From positions 3,162,001-3,226,000 of the forward strand of contig NC_081332.1 of assembly GCF_022539665.2 (NCBI RefSeq): 64,000 nt of DNA, written 5' to 3'. This DNA is from Daphnia carinata (Eukaryota). A program made the translations under genes and the position numbers. The notes beneath the pieces are model-generated. The model was given only the letters and a program-made list of their open reading frames with translations. It was not told the origin of the DNA and ran no database searches. Below are positions 1 to 19,969 of the stretch, piece by piece. Positions within the stretch are counted from its first letter, which is position 1. Each line of letters begins with the position of its first letter.

Positions 1-588
1 TGGATAAGAACTTTCGCTTCAGAAATCCCACGCTATAGCCTTGAAACTTAAAAAAAAAAATTCTGCGTCGTTGATTTTAACCGAGGGAACTATAGCTAGC
101 AGCGATAAAAAAAAAAGTAAAATAAAAACCATAGATTGACGAAATCCCGACGTCCCTTTTGCGACGCAAGCTGCCATATGAAAGAAAATACTAACGATGC
201 GGTGCTGTGGTAACTTTCAAGTCAGGTTTCATAGACAATGCTCTTTATCCTACGATTACGGCTATTAACATAGCCTATAATGGCATATTTCTCGTTAAGA
301 GTTTTTCAGCACTGATGGTTCTGTTGTGCTGTAGAATCCCATTTTCGGAATGTGTGTCAAACGTGGAAATGTACGCCACAACGCATTAAACACATGGATA
401 AACAACAAAAACGTAACATGGTTATGTCAGGCTCTCGCATTTTTTTTTACTTGAAAGTTACGACACTAGTTATTGCGAAGAACACGTTTACACGCGAAAT
501 CCACCTAAAACCGGAATCCAATTTTGAATGGAAGAAATTCTCAGGAAAAAAAAGCAATCTTATAAAACTATGTTCACATGCTACTAAC

Positions 589-7404
<6,816 letters not shown>

Positions 7405-7689
7405 TTCTGTGATTTGAAACGGTTTCTAAGGCCCAATACAAAATAAAAACATTCATCAAATGGTGCCTCAAACTGTGGTTAGGGAAATTGAACATCTAAT
7501 CACTTTTGGATGCAAATCTGAAAGAAAAAACATTGAATTCACTGTCTAGAGTGTTTACTATCCAACTTCTTTTCTTTGTCACGTATACACTTTTCAGTTT
7601 ACGAAAAACCTATAACAACTTTTATTAGTGTAATTTACTTACCAGTTCCAGCCGTTTCTCATCGAATCCCGCCGTTGAATGTTGACTGT

Positions 7690-8157
7690 TGAAAAATACG
7701 AATTGGTTTGAATATCAGTCCTACGTTGCCATTTTTGTTATTTTCAAATGCAGTTCCAACTCCGAATGAACCCGTGGAGCACCAACCCCCCAAACGGGTG
7801 GGACTCAGCTACCGATTACGTCAAATGACTGACTACCGGAAGGTACTGTACTAGCACGACACACGAACATGTTTTTCCTTAATTTTATTTTTCAGCTTCA
7901 CCGGCTTCACGCCGGTATCTTCGGGTAGCAAACTGGTTCTCAGGTAATCGGGGCCGAGCCCTACGAACAGACAAGAGCCAGACCCCATTAACCGTCGTAG
8001 GGAAATGAAAAGTGTGGCAACATGCTACATGACGAGGTTGAATTGTTGTCTGTCAGTGCACGACAATTCACTGCTCCGGCTTTACATTTTGGTTCAATAA
8101 AAAAAAAAACTTGGGCCATCAACTTAGAATACTAGACGCAGTTCTCAGTTTTTCATC
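7690..8157. promoter_or_regulatory. Bidirectional promoter region between citron (-) and PSMA4 (+)
   Basis: Head-to-head genes under 800 bp apart ATG to ATG. TGGCAAC motifs point outward at 7725-7731 (-) and 8015-8021 (+). TCAGT Inr-like sequence near 8053. Confidence 0.65.
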
Positions 8158-9204
<1,047 letters not shown>

Positions 9205-9955
9205 AAATCTTCTTTGTGTTTCACAACTTTGATTATTTTGGATTCTGAAACTTGGAAATATACCTTTCTGGTATTAATACCTGTGCTCAGTTTCATTTAT
9301 TTCCGTCTTCGATTTCATTTTTATTCCTATGAAGAAACGTGATTTTAATTATGAATACGGGAAACGGTTCTTAAAGATTTACATGACAAAAATTCACGGT
9401 TTACTGAACAGTAATGCATAAGTTGAAAGTTTTTCAGTTTACGGTGATATAATCGTTTGATAGATCAGAATGAGAAGCTAGGTATTTTGTAGCCGTTAAG
9501 GCCTTCTATCGTTCTTAATTAAGAAGAACAACAGTTCCTTAAGGAAATTTAAAGTAGCTTAATTATATGGCCAAGACTTCCGTTCGGGTTTTTAAAAACC
9601 ACGACATTTGTCTGGTCATGGGGCTCTCTGTTGGCAAATGTACTGTCTCAGTTCCCAATCGTACAATTTATTGTGGCGAATCGTTATTAGGGTGGATTAC
9701 CTGACATGGTAAGGTATCGTTGCCATCCTTTTGCGGTTAAATTTTGCCGAATGTGAAGACCGATCAGCAAAGAATGCCACTGTCTTCCGCTGTACGAAAG
9801 CCCGGAATTGCAAATTGAACAGAAGGACCGGTAACAGAGGATGGTAAACCACAGACAATCGCACTGGTGAAAGCAAGACATAACGTTACCAAAAACTAGA
9901 ATAAGACGCTGGAGATGGATTGGCTGGGCGTGAAGGCGGAGCCATTTCAGCTAAG

Positions 9956-9994
9956 TATAAAATACGAACGTGTAGGTTACAATTGGCATCAGTC
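9956..9994 (+). promoter_or_regulatory. TATA box plus Inr-like core promoter of the Pro-rich gene
   Basis: TATAAAA at 9956-9962 and TCAGTC at 9989-9994, with an ATTGG (CCAAT) ~35 nt upstream. The TATA-Inr spacing is slightly longer than canonical. Confidence 0.5.
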
Positions 9995-10059
9995 CTCAAG
10001 TTTCATTACACGGCAGCTATTTCAAGATAAAATCCAAAGGTATTAACTTTCTAGGCATC

Positions 10060-10890
10060 ATGCGAAGCAGCATTTCCCAGGTACAGGCAATACGAGCCTT
10101 TATTTATTTCATCACAAAAACAGACCTAGCACATGATTGATACATTTTTTTTTTCTTTTAGTTTGTTACTCTTCTTTCACTGACAGTTTTCTACTTAGTA
10201 GTCATCGGATTTAATGGAATCTTGGCAGAAGAATATGCCAACCTGAGAAAAATGGAAGTTGAACATCGGCGTAATCTTTTGGGAAACCTCACCGAGACGC
10301 GCGATCATTACAGTGGACATGGTTCACATGGATATAATAGGGGACCTTATTCATCAACATCACAAGACAAATATAAGAGACCTAAGCCAGACTATTTAGC
10401 ACCAAAACCACAATCTAAACCATCAACGTCGTCACATTTACCGTACAAAGCTTTGAATCAAGCTCCGGCTTATAAAGCACCATCTTACACTCCCCCAGCC
10501 TACAATCCAGTAGCATACAGCCAACCTGCTTACAGTCCTCCAACTAACAAACCTCCAGCCTCCAGTTCGCCAGCTTACAGTGCTCCAGTATACAATTCAC
10601 CAACTTACAGTCCTCCTGCTTATAACCCACCTGCATACAGTTCTCCAACCTACACTCCGAAAGGTGTTGAATCTCCTGCTTACACAGAATCACCAGGTAA
10701 CAAATCACCAGCCTATCCTTCCTCAGCATACAGCGAGGCCCCAGCATCAGAGCCTGAATATCCTTATCAAAACATTCCAGAAAAAAATAATGGTGTCAGG
10801 AAGGGAATTTTTCATAACAGTGATTTCCCAAAGTTTGATGACTTTGTTCAACATGTTGAGAGCATCAAATTTGATCAATTTAAAATTTAG
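10060..10890 (+). CDS. Secreted Pro/Tyr/Ser-rich repeat protein (extensin-, eggshell- or cuticle-like)
   Basis: Exon 10060-10080 (MRSSISQ), intron 10081-10161, then exon 10162-10890 in frame with the listed ORF. Signal peptide FVTLLSLTVFYLVVIGFNGILA and xPAY(S/N) pentapeptide repeats. Confidence 0.85.
10461..10655 (+). repeat. Degenerate 15-bp coding tandem repeat, ~13 units encoding xPAYx
   Basis: APAYK APSYT PPAYN PVAYS QPAYS PPTNK PPASS SPAYS APVYN SPTYS PPAYN PPAYS SPTYT. Confidence 0.8.
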
Positions 10891-11418
10891 GTTATGAATT
10901 AACTATTGCCTATATTTATGCATTACATAGCAAGTTGAAGCAAAAATTCATTCTGCAATTCATCCCTTGATTTTTAAAACATACCTTACCTTGTTTGAAT
11001 TTTATTCTAGAATGTCTTTGCTCCATCACTTCACTTGTTATTTTCAATGATATTCAACAAAATTTGTAAACCTATGTTTATTGAATAAACATATGTATGT
11101 CTAATTGTCTACAACCGCTTTTTTGCGATAACTGTAACAAGAATGTGAAAAACAAAAGGCCACTGTCGAAACAAGAGAATATAAATCTACAAACAGTTGA
11201 AGATCAATGCTCACTAGATGAGTCATACATTTGAATGAGGCGCTTCAGAGGCTAACGCATGACGCCATGTTGAATATCGCCTTTCGTTGCGCGATTGTTT
11301 TTCCGAACATGCATCGTCTGCACAGTGCACTCTTGTTCGTCCCAATTCACGACTAGATCTATTTAGTTCGCTGGGCTATTTAAATTCAGTAGTTTTTATC
11401 ATTCACTTATAATTCACC

Positions 11419-11679
11419 ATGTCTTTAGTCGCTAAATTGTACAACAACGTCCTGCGTCGTTCTTCTACGTACGCTTTGGCCATTGTTACCGGCGCTTTCT
11501 TTTTCGAGCGAAGTTTCGACATGGCCACCGAGCACTTGTACAGCGAAATCAACAAAGGGGTGAGCATAAAAAAGGAAAAATTACAATTTTTCAGCTAACT
11601 TATCATTACCTTATTCTTATTGTTCTTCTATCAGAAACTCTGGAAGGACATCAAAGACAACTATGCTCCTGCTGAATAA
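11419..11679 (+). CDS. UQCR10: Cytochrome b-c1 complex subunit 9 (QCR9), absent from the ORF track
   Basis: Exons 11419-11559 and 11635-11679 give MSLVAKLYNNVLRRSSTYALAIVTGAFFFERSFDMATEHLYSEINKGKLWKDIKDNYAPAE (61 aa), with RRxST, FFER and NKGKLWKDIK signatures. Confidence 0.95.
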
Positions 11680-12416
11680 ATGAAATCTCAGGAAAGGGAC
11701 AGCAGCTGTAAGAACTTCCCCAGCAAGATTCTGTTCATGATCCTGTGTAGTGAACTAATAAAATTGTACAAACCTTTCTGCCCTCTTGTATATGATTTCT
11801 AAAACCACATAATATTTTAGATAAATAGAATATGCCCTAGTACCAAAGTTCCAGGTTTGGAATAATTATGGTTGCCATGTAATGTTCATGTAAAAAGGGC
11901 AAAAAATGTAAAACAGGCTTACCCTATACATATTCCATGTGTTTTAATCTGATAACAATACAGGCAAAAGGTAAGAATAACTGCAAAGACCCTAATGTGT
12001 TAAGGTGTGTTTGGTTCATCAATTCACTAAAATGGATGAAACCTTAGCTTGGGCAATTAGACTGAGAAACTACAATTACATCTAGTTTAATATGACTTTA
12101 CAAAAGGTACATTTGATATTACATTAAAACATGCATGAAATTCCCTTTTTCTATTTCTACAGTTAGCTGCTGATTACTTCTGAGTTCAGCTGGCTCTTAG
12201 CTGTACGCCTGTTGGCTCATTGGCCGTCTCCTTCTCCCTTCCCTCGGCTTTGGCGTTTTCTGCGTATCTTTACGACAACTTGGCAACGTCAGGACGCTTC
12301 TTGTACGTTTTTTACTCAACCTTAAATTTTGTTTCAATTCCGATTTTGAGAACAGCAAATTCAATTCGAATCGGACTACATCTTTTTGATCAAGTACCCA
12401 CTGTAAAATCACTTAA

Positions 12417-13073
<657 letters not shown>

Positions 13074-13523
13074 CTTACTGAAGTTCTCGTCAAGTGTTGA
13101 AAATTCAATACAACTTTTTTTTATAAGTGTTCACATGTCTGGCTCTATGTTGATACAAGTAAGTGAGCTGAATCACTTGAATCAGCTTACAGAAAAATGC
13201 AGTTCATTGGGTTTCAGTGACATCTTACATTTATTTTTTGATTTCTTTCTAGTATATAAATAAATGTGAGTACGTGTAATTAATTTCTTTCTCTCGTGTA
13301 AGAGTGAATCCCACAGGGCTAATTAACTAGCTAAACTATGCTTGGTTTGGATAAAAAGAAAATATTTTCTTAATTTATGGCAATGTCGAGAGAAGACCCA
13401 AAATATTAACTTGTTAATATAGTAGGAGTAAATATAGCAGACGACACTCGGATGTCAACACTTCCCTAGAGGTCCAGACAGTCCTCTTTTGATACATAGT
13501 TTGACGCAAAATATAAAAATAGC

Positions 13524-16500
13524 ATGGCACTTCTTACTGCGGACTGGAACCCTCTCGGAAGAGAGGCATACTACAGGTTTTTAATTTGTTGAACATCATA
13601 GAAACTCGTAATTCGCTATTTCAAGGTAATGTCTATTTAGAAAGTTTGAAGTGTACTCTATGGGATGGATCGATCAAGTCAACCTTCAGGACTTAAAAGT
13701 AACTGTTGCCCCATCGGGTGGACCTATCGCAGTGGTCAGGGACGATACGAAGTTAACGCCTGTTCAAACTTCAGGAAAACCTATAATTTTCATTTTTTCA
13801 CCTTCAGGAGAATTAAAATCAACAATCAAAGTCAGTATTTCTTATTAGAAATGAAAAATCATCTACATAATTTTTTCTTTTGTTAGTGGAGTGGTGGAAA
13901 AATTGTGGAAATCAATTGGTCTTCTTCAGAAGAGCTTCTTTGCATTCAGGTATTTTTATGTTCCGAAAGGGTTAACAGAATACAGAACATGATTTTTATT
14001 TTAAATTCAGGATGATGGCAGTGTATCTGCTTATGACATATTTGGAAACTACCAAAATTCATTCCAAATGGGTCAAGAAGCTAGAGAAATGAAAATTATT
14101 GATGCTAGGACTTTTCCCTCTTCCACGGGTACAGGTCTGGTAGTATTGACCACAAACTTCAGATTTTTTGTTGTAAACAACATAAAAGACCCAAGAATCA
14201 GGCGGTTTCCAGACATTCCAGGTACATATACTACATGTCTCTCTTTCTTTGAGATTGAACTAAAAGCTATTCTTGTCATACTATAGGTGTTAATATTGCC
14301 CCTAGCTGCTGGACAGCAATACATGGTGATGATAGGCAGACACGAGTTATAGTAGCCAAAGAGAAAGACATTTATCTCCTTGATTACAGTGAGCAGCATG
14401 TAGCCCAAAAGATTCCCGAAATATCTCACCATCACCTCTCTATAATTGCTATGGCCGTATCGCCGTGCAGCAAACTAGTTGCATTGTTAACCGATGCCGG
14501 TAAGTAAATTTATCGCTATAGGCCAATTCTGTTACGTCGCAGCCATTATGGCAACGGAAAAAATGAAATGCAGTTGTTTTGGTTTAAAGGTGTGATATGG
14601 ATCGGTGCGTTTGATTTTCGAAGAAAGTTCTGCGAACATGATGCCCAGTGTATGTTACCAGCCGTGCAATTGGTTTGGTGTGGATCGGGTGCAGTAGTTT
14701 TGAATCTGGGATCTGTCCTGTTAGTTCTCTCACCCAACAGGGATAACTTCACCTTAATTTTGGACTCCACTAGTCATGTTTGTCCGGAAGTAGATGGACT
14801 GCGCATTATTACCAATAGTAGCCATGAATTTCTGCAAAAAGTTCCACTACCGAATCAAGAAATATTCAGAATCGGATCGATGTCCCCCGGTGCAATTCTC
14901 GTCGAGGTTTTACAATTTTTCCGTTATTTAATTTGGCCTTTACCAAGAGAAATTTCACCTGTTTAGGCATCAAGAGAATTTCAGAAGCGCAGTCATCGAG
15001 CTGAAGAGTACATTCGGCTAGTGAAGAATCAATTAGAATTGGCCGTGACCCAATGTATTCAGGCGGCTGGGAACGAGTGGCAGCCTACCGTTCAAAAGGT
15101 GCTGCTTCGAGCCGCTCAGCTGGGAAAAAGCTTCCTGTTTGACAAAGTCGACTCGGAGTTATTTGTCGGCATTTGCCAGACTTTACGGATACTGAACGCT
15201 GTTCGCAATTATAAAATAGCATTACCGCTGACTTTTCAACAATACGAGCAACTGGGAAAGACAGGCCTACTAAATCGTCTTATTCTTCGTCGCCAATACA
15301 CCGTAGCCATTCAGATCTGTCAGTTCCTACAAATGTCAGAGGCTGATGGCATACCACGCGTGTTAACAGAATGGGCGTGCTACAAGATTAAGCATGGTCT
15401 GGGAAAACTGGATGCAGAACAGCTAGCGAGTGAAATATCTGCGAAGCTTGGCACTGGTTCTAAAGTTTCGTACAGCAGTATTGCACTCAAGGCAATCGAA
15501 TGTAAACAAGAAAAATTAGCAATCAGGTAGAATATGGACAGTTGTTTTCGTACCAAGTTGTTGGCCTTCATTCGAGTTCTTTTAGGTTATTGGATTTCGA
15601 ACACCGGGCTTCAGAGCAAATTCCATTGCTCCTCAAACTGGGCCAAGAACCTCAGGCTCTGGCCAAAGCTGTGGAGAGTGGTGATCCAAATCTTATCTAC
15701 TATGTGCTAGTCGTTATGAAGGAAACCTATTCTGCTGACAAATTTTACATGACCATTCGTCATTATCCGTCTGTGAATGCACTTTATGCAAAATTGTGCC
15801 GCACCATTCAGATGGGCTCGCTGGAACAGATTTACGAACAAGAAGACAATTTCAATGCCCAAGCAATTCTCAGTGTTAAAGACAGCTATCGCGCCCAGGT
15901 TGTTCCTAACCTTATAATTGACTTTTTAATGGTGCTAATTTGGAATGTTCGATTGGCAGAAACTTGAGAACAGGTCAGCGATGCTAACAACTGCTGTGAA
16001 GCAGTACCGACAAGCTAAAGCGGAGATAGCTGCTAGTCTGACAGAAGATCAGCTCAAATTGCTGAAGACCCAATCAGGTTACGAATCGAAATTTGGCTGT
16101 CCGGCAATTGATGTTTCATTGAATGATACACTTAAATTACTCATGCGGCGAAGAGATATAAAAGAAACCGAAGAAATGGTTAAGAAATTCAAAGTTCCTG
16201 AACGACGGTAAAATCCCAGCATGCATTATGTATTGTTTCCGTGTAATTAAATTCTGTCGTATCTAGATTGTGGTGGCTAAAAGTAACAACTTTCGCTGAA
16301 ATCGGAGACTGGGCCGAATTAGAGAAGCTCAGCCGACTAAAAAAATCTCCAATAGGATACGAGGTAAGGAGGGCAAATCCATTCCAAGGAAAAGGGAATC
16401 ACATGGTATGTAACTCTCTTATTTGTATTAGCCATTCGTCGACGTTTGTCTACAGTACAACAACATCACTGAAGCGCAGCGCTATTTACCGAAAGTGGAA

Positions 16501-16695
16501 GAGCATCTTTCCATCAAATATTATGTAAAAGCCAAGCTGTATACAGAGGCTGCTCAAATCGCCTTTCAGCGCAGAGATACGGAAGCATTGCATTACGTTC
16601 AATCTCGTTGTTCGTCCAATCGTGATGTGGTCGACATGATTAATTCCTTAATCGCCAAATTGGCTAATCCTTCAGAAAGCCAAAACAAACGTTAG
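13524..16695 (+). CDS. VPS16: Vacuolar protein sorting 16 (HOPS/CORVET subunit), multi-exon
   Basis: N-terminus [24 protein letters not shown]. Internal motifs [70 protein letters not shown]. Confidence 0.95.
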
Positions 16696-17317
16696 GTCGC
16701 TGTTTCATCCCATTGCGCTGTCGTGTTTTGATACTACGTTTTTGCACGGCCAAAACATTTTCAAATGACATTTTTTATTGTCAAATATATGATTATATAC
16801 TTATAGTGGTATGTAATGAAAGTTGCGCTGACCTACTGAAAATGGATATTCAGTATGTGAGTGTTGTACTCAATTTAACAGCCACGAGAACAAAATCCTG
16901 AATTGCTTTAATCAAGGGATTTTCTCGATTTCAAACTAGTTTACGCCCGACAAGAATAACGCCCTAAACTTGTTAAACAGGTCTTATCCAAGGTAGCCCT
17001 CGAAAAAAATGTCGCCATTTATTTTCTAAAATCGTCAACAAGGTTGTAACTTGGCGGAAAATCGGACCATGGTTATTTCACCAAATAATTGCACGTCTGT
17101 TTACGAGGCGTATTTGCGTGAACAAAACGTGAAAAAATGTTGTTACGTAATACTGATATTGAAAAACATTTTTATCTAACCAATAAAATTTTTAGCTCCA
17201 AACCTTAATAGATTCAGGGCGTTGCTCGAGTATCGGTGTCAATTGCCTAACACAACTACCTTTCACACCTCCCATTAAAGAAACACGGAAAAGCCAGCCT
17301 TTATTTGTTCTAATCGT

Positions 17318-18133
17318 ATGGCGGGTACCGAAAATATCGAACGCGAAGATTATGAAATGGAACAAAACGAGGATGATACCACTCCGGATACAGGGGAAAA
17401 TCCAGAGGAAACGAGCGTCGAAATGGCAGATTACGAAGAGCCACCGTTTTCCATCCATGATGAGCGTGAAAAATGTATTTGGGGTTTGTGGATTGCGTTC
17501 TTAGTGACGCTCGTCGGTGTCGTCATTGGCACGACGCTTTACATAAACCACGTATACTTCTTTATCAAAGATCCGGAACCAACATTTACATCTACCGACA
17601 TCCTGAACGGTTTCCGTCACGACTTTTTCCATGAAGCCAGGACATTCAACGAGTCCCAAAGAATATGCTTTGCTCGTAATTCGGACTTAATCGTATTCAA
17701 CAACACAGAGGAACATACCCGTTTCAACGTCTATGTGACCGAGACCTTCCAGCCTTTTATCCGCAATAATACGGATCGATGGAAGAGGGTTGGACTTCAA
17801 ATCTGGACTGGAATTAGAATAATTTTCCAAGCAGGTGAACTCACGCATTTTGATTGGCCTACTAAAGAGGAGTGTCCCGAGGAAATGCGAAGATTCTATT
17901 TCGTTTCGCAAGAACATCGCTTATGTAATATTGGGACAGTTGAAAGAATGCGACTAATCCGGAAAGCAATGCAAAGCAAACACAAATCGAGACAGTTTAT
18001 CGTTAAAGACTTTACAGGAAAAGCCGAAAATGCCATTAATGAAACTGGTTGTTGGCAGGTCCGTATACTTGAAGAAAACGAATCGCTTATTTTGCCGTTT
18101 GTTTGCAAAAGCCGAACTCCCGAACAGCTTTGA
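17318..18133 (+). CDS. Intronless type II membrane protein with a divergent C-type lectin-like domain
   Basis: Acidic N-terminal tail and TM helix IWGLWIAFLVTLVGVVIGTTLYI. CTLD-like motifs RTFNESQRIC...LIVFNNTEE, IWTGI, GCW, LPFVCK. Confidence 0.75.
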   Translation: MAGTENIEREDYEMEQNEDDTTPDTGENPEETSVEMADYEEPPFSIHDEREKCIWGLWIAFLVTLVGVVIGTTLYINHVYFFIKDPEPTFTSTDILNGFRHDFFHEARTFNESQRICFARNSDLIVFNNTEEHTRFNVYVTETFQPFIRNNTDRWKRVGLQIWTGIRIIFQAGELTHFDWPTKEECPEEMRRFYFVSQEHRLCNIGTVERMRLIRKAMQSKHKSRQFIVKDFTGKAENAINETGCWQVRILEENESLILPFVCKSRTPEQL

Positions 18134-19969
18134 TACGGAGAGCATAGGTGGCTGATACAAGACATCTAGTATCATAAATCGTTGTGTTCATTAATTGTCA
18201 AGTTCTCCAAATAAAAAAATTTCATACGAAAAAAATTGTTATTTGTTAAAAATTATTATCAGTGTTTTTAGGTTGGCGAACTTTCCCATCGTCAGCAGAC
18301 TTGAGTGTCTTATCAGCAGCACGTGAGTTTATCATCTGTAAACAAAGCATAAAAACACTCGAATATCTGAAAGTCCCAATTTCATATTTTTTTCTCAGTC
18401 AAAAGGAATGAAATAAAACGAAGTAAGTCAACCGAGATGATGGCAAACATAAATCTCGATACCGCAAGGGGACCGCGTGATTCGTTCATCATGTGGTTTG
18501 TACGATGACGTATCACGAATTGTGATGCAAGACAAAAAGGAAACGAGAGCTGTTATTCGTAAAAATGCCGGTCTATAGCGCAATGCATGCATTCAAGGTT
18601 ATTGTGTCCAGCGGGTACTTGGGGCGTATGATGACTGATAGGAACCCTTTGGTTATCATCACGAAACAATAGCACGTGCTTTAATGAACTGTTGTCATGG
18701 GAAATACGAGTCGCTGACTGATGGTACAGAAGGACGGTAGGTATTCCATCCTCTACATGGCGTTTCAAATTATTTACAGGTAATACGTATTCATTTCCTT
18801 CTTTCGTCAGTAGCCTAGGTATGGAGATGAAATTGGAAACTCCTATCTTTAGTAGCAATCGCATAACAATTCTCACGTGACTAATCACGAGCCGTCTACT
18901 AGACAAGGACATTTTCGTGAATGCAACATCGGATTCGTTGGATTTTGTTGCTATTTGAATTCTGGAAAAAGTGAAAGGTGTCGATACACCTATCTCCAAG
19001 GTCGAGACGCATTTTTCTTTTTTTTCCTTTTCCGAAAACACCAGATGGTGGAAAGAAAAAATAAAATAACATGTTCTGCGGGTCAACAGGTGCAAGTTGG
19101 AGCATTGATCTACTAGAACATTCCTCGTACTTTGCATAGTCCCGCACAGGTAGCAATAGTTTTCAGTCTGGTGCATTTTACGCAGTCGTAGCGCATTAAA
19201 TTTACATATCACATGTCACCTACAGACGTCAAGATAATTGATGTGGACATGAAATATTGTCTTATTTCCTTTCTTTTTTCTTGTGCTCTAGTTGACTATC
19301 GGTTTTGTACAAAGACTATTAATAAACATAGAGCGCAAGGTAAATAATATAAATAAGAAGTTTCAGAATGAAGCAGTGTTGTACGGTCTATGGTTGCCAA
19401 GCAAACTTGCCACTACAGGTTGGCTTTGTTTGTGACAGCATGAAGGTACGTTACAAGCGGTATTACCAATAACGGGACTTGTTCGCCTTAAGCTTTGATC
19501 CACTATGATAAAAGGAACCGGTGGTTTCTCAAGAGCTCGGAAAGCTAATTCAAAAATAACCGAAATTGCTTATGCAAATGTAGCAAAAGTTAGGAATAAC
19601 AAAAAAGACAAACACTGTTTTACACAGATACTGTTAGGTCACATGGAAAGCCAAGAGGGAACTCCCTCAGACAAGTTTCCCTAATTTTTTTTCGAATAAC
19701 ACTTAAGAGATGGCTGTGTGAATTGTTTGCTCGCTTTTTCTCATTTAAAAACTGGCTAAATCCGGTTTCTACTATTTCCCGCGGCCATTAAGGCTTATTA
19801 TTCGCATCCTGATTCATTGCGCTTAGTAACTCCCGAAAAGACTAGGCGTCTATTGTTTGCGGTCGTAGTGGTTAGTAGCCAGAACCTCGTGCTACCGCAC
19901 GGTTGTCGTCTGGTGCGGCCAATCAGTTCCACAATCATTGCCTGATTTTAATCAAAGTTGGGTGCGAAG

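Noticed and set aside
7770..8002. Assignment of the structured element to RNase P/MRP, 7SK, SRP or telomerase RNA
   Set aside because: Only partial resemblances (e.g. GGAAGGTACTG versus CR-I); the required P4 pairing, GAUC motifs, helix 8 and template are absent.
18553..19212. 219-aa minus-strand ORF
   Set aside because: Non-ATG start, random-looking composition and no recognisable homology.
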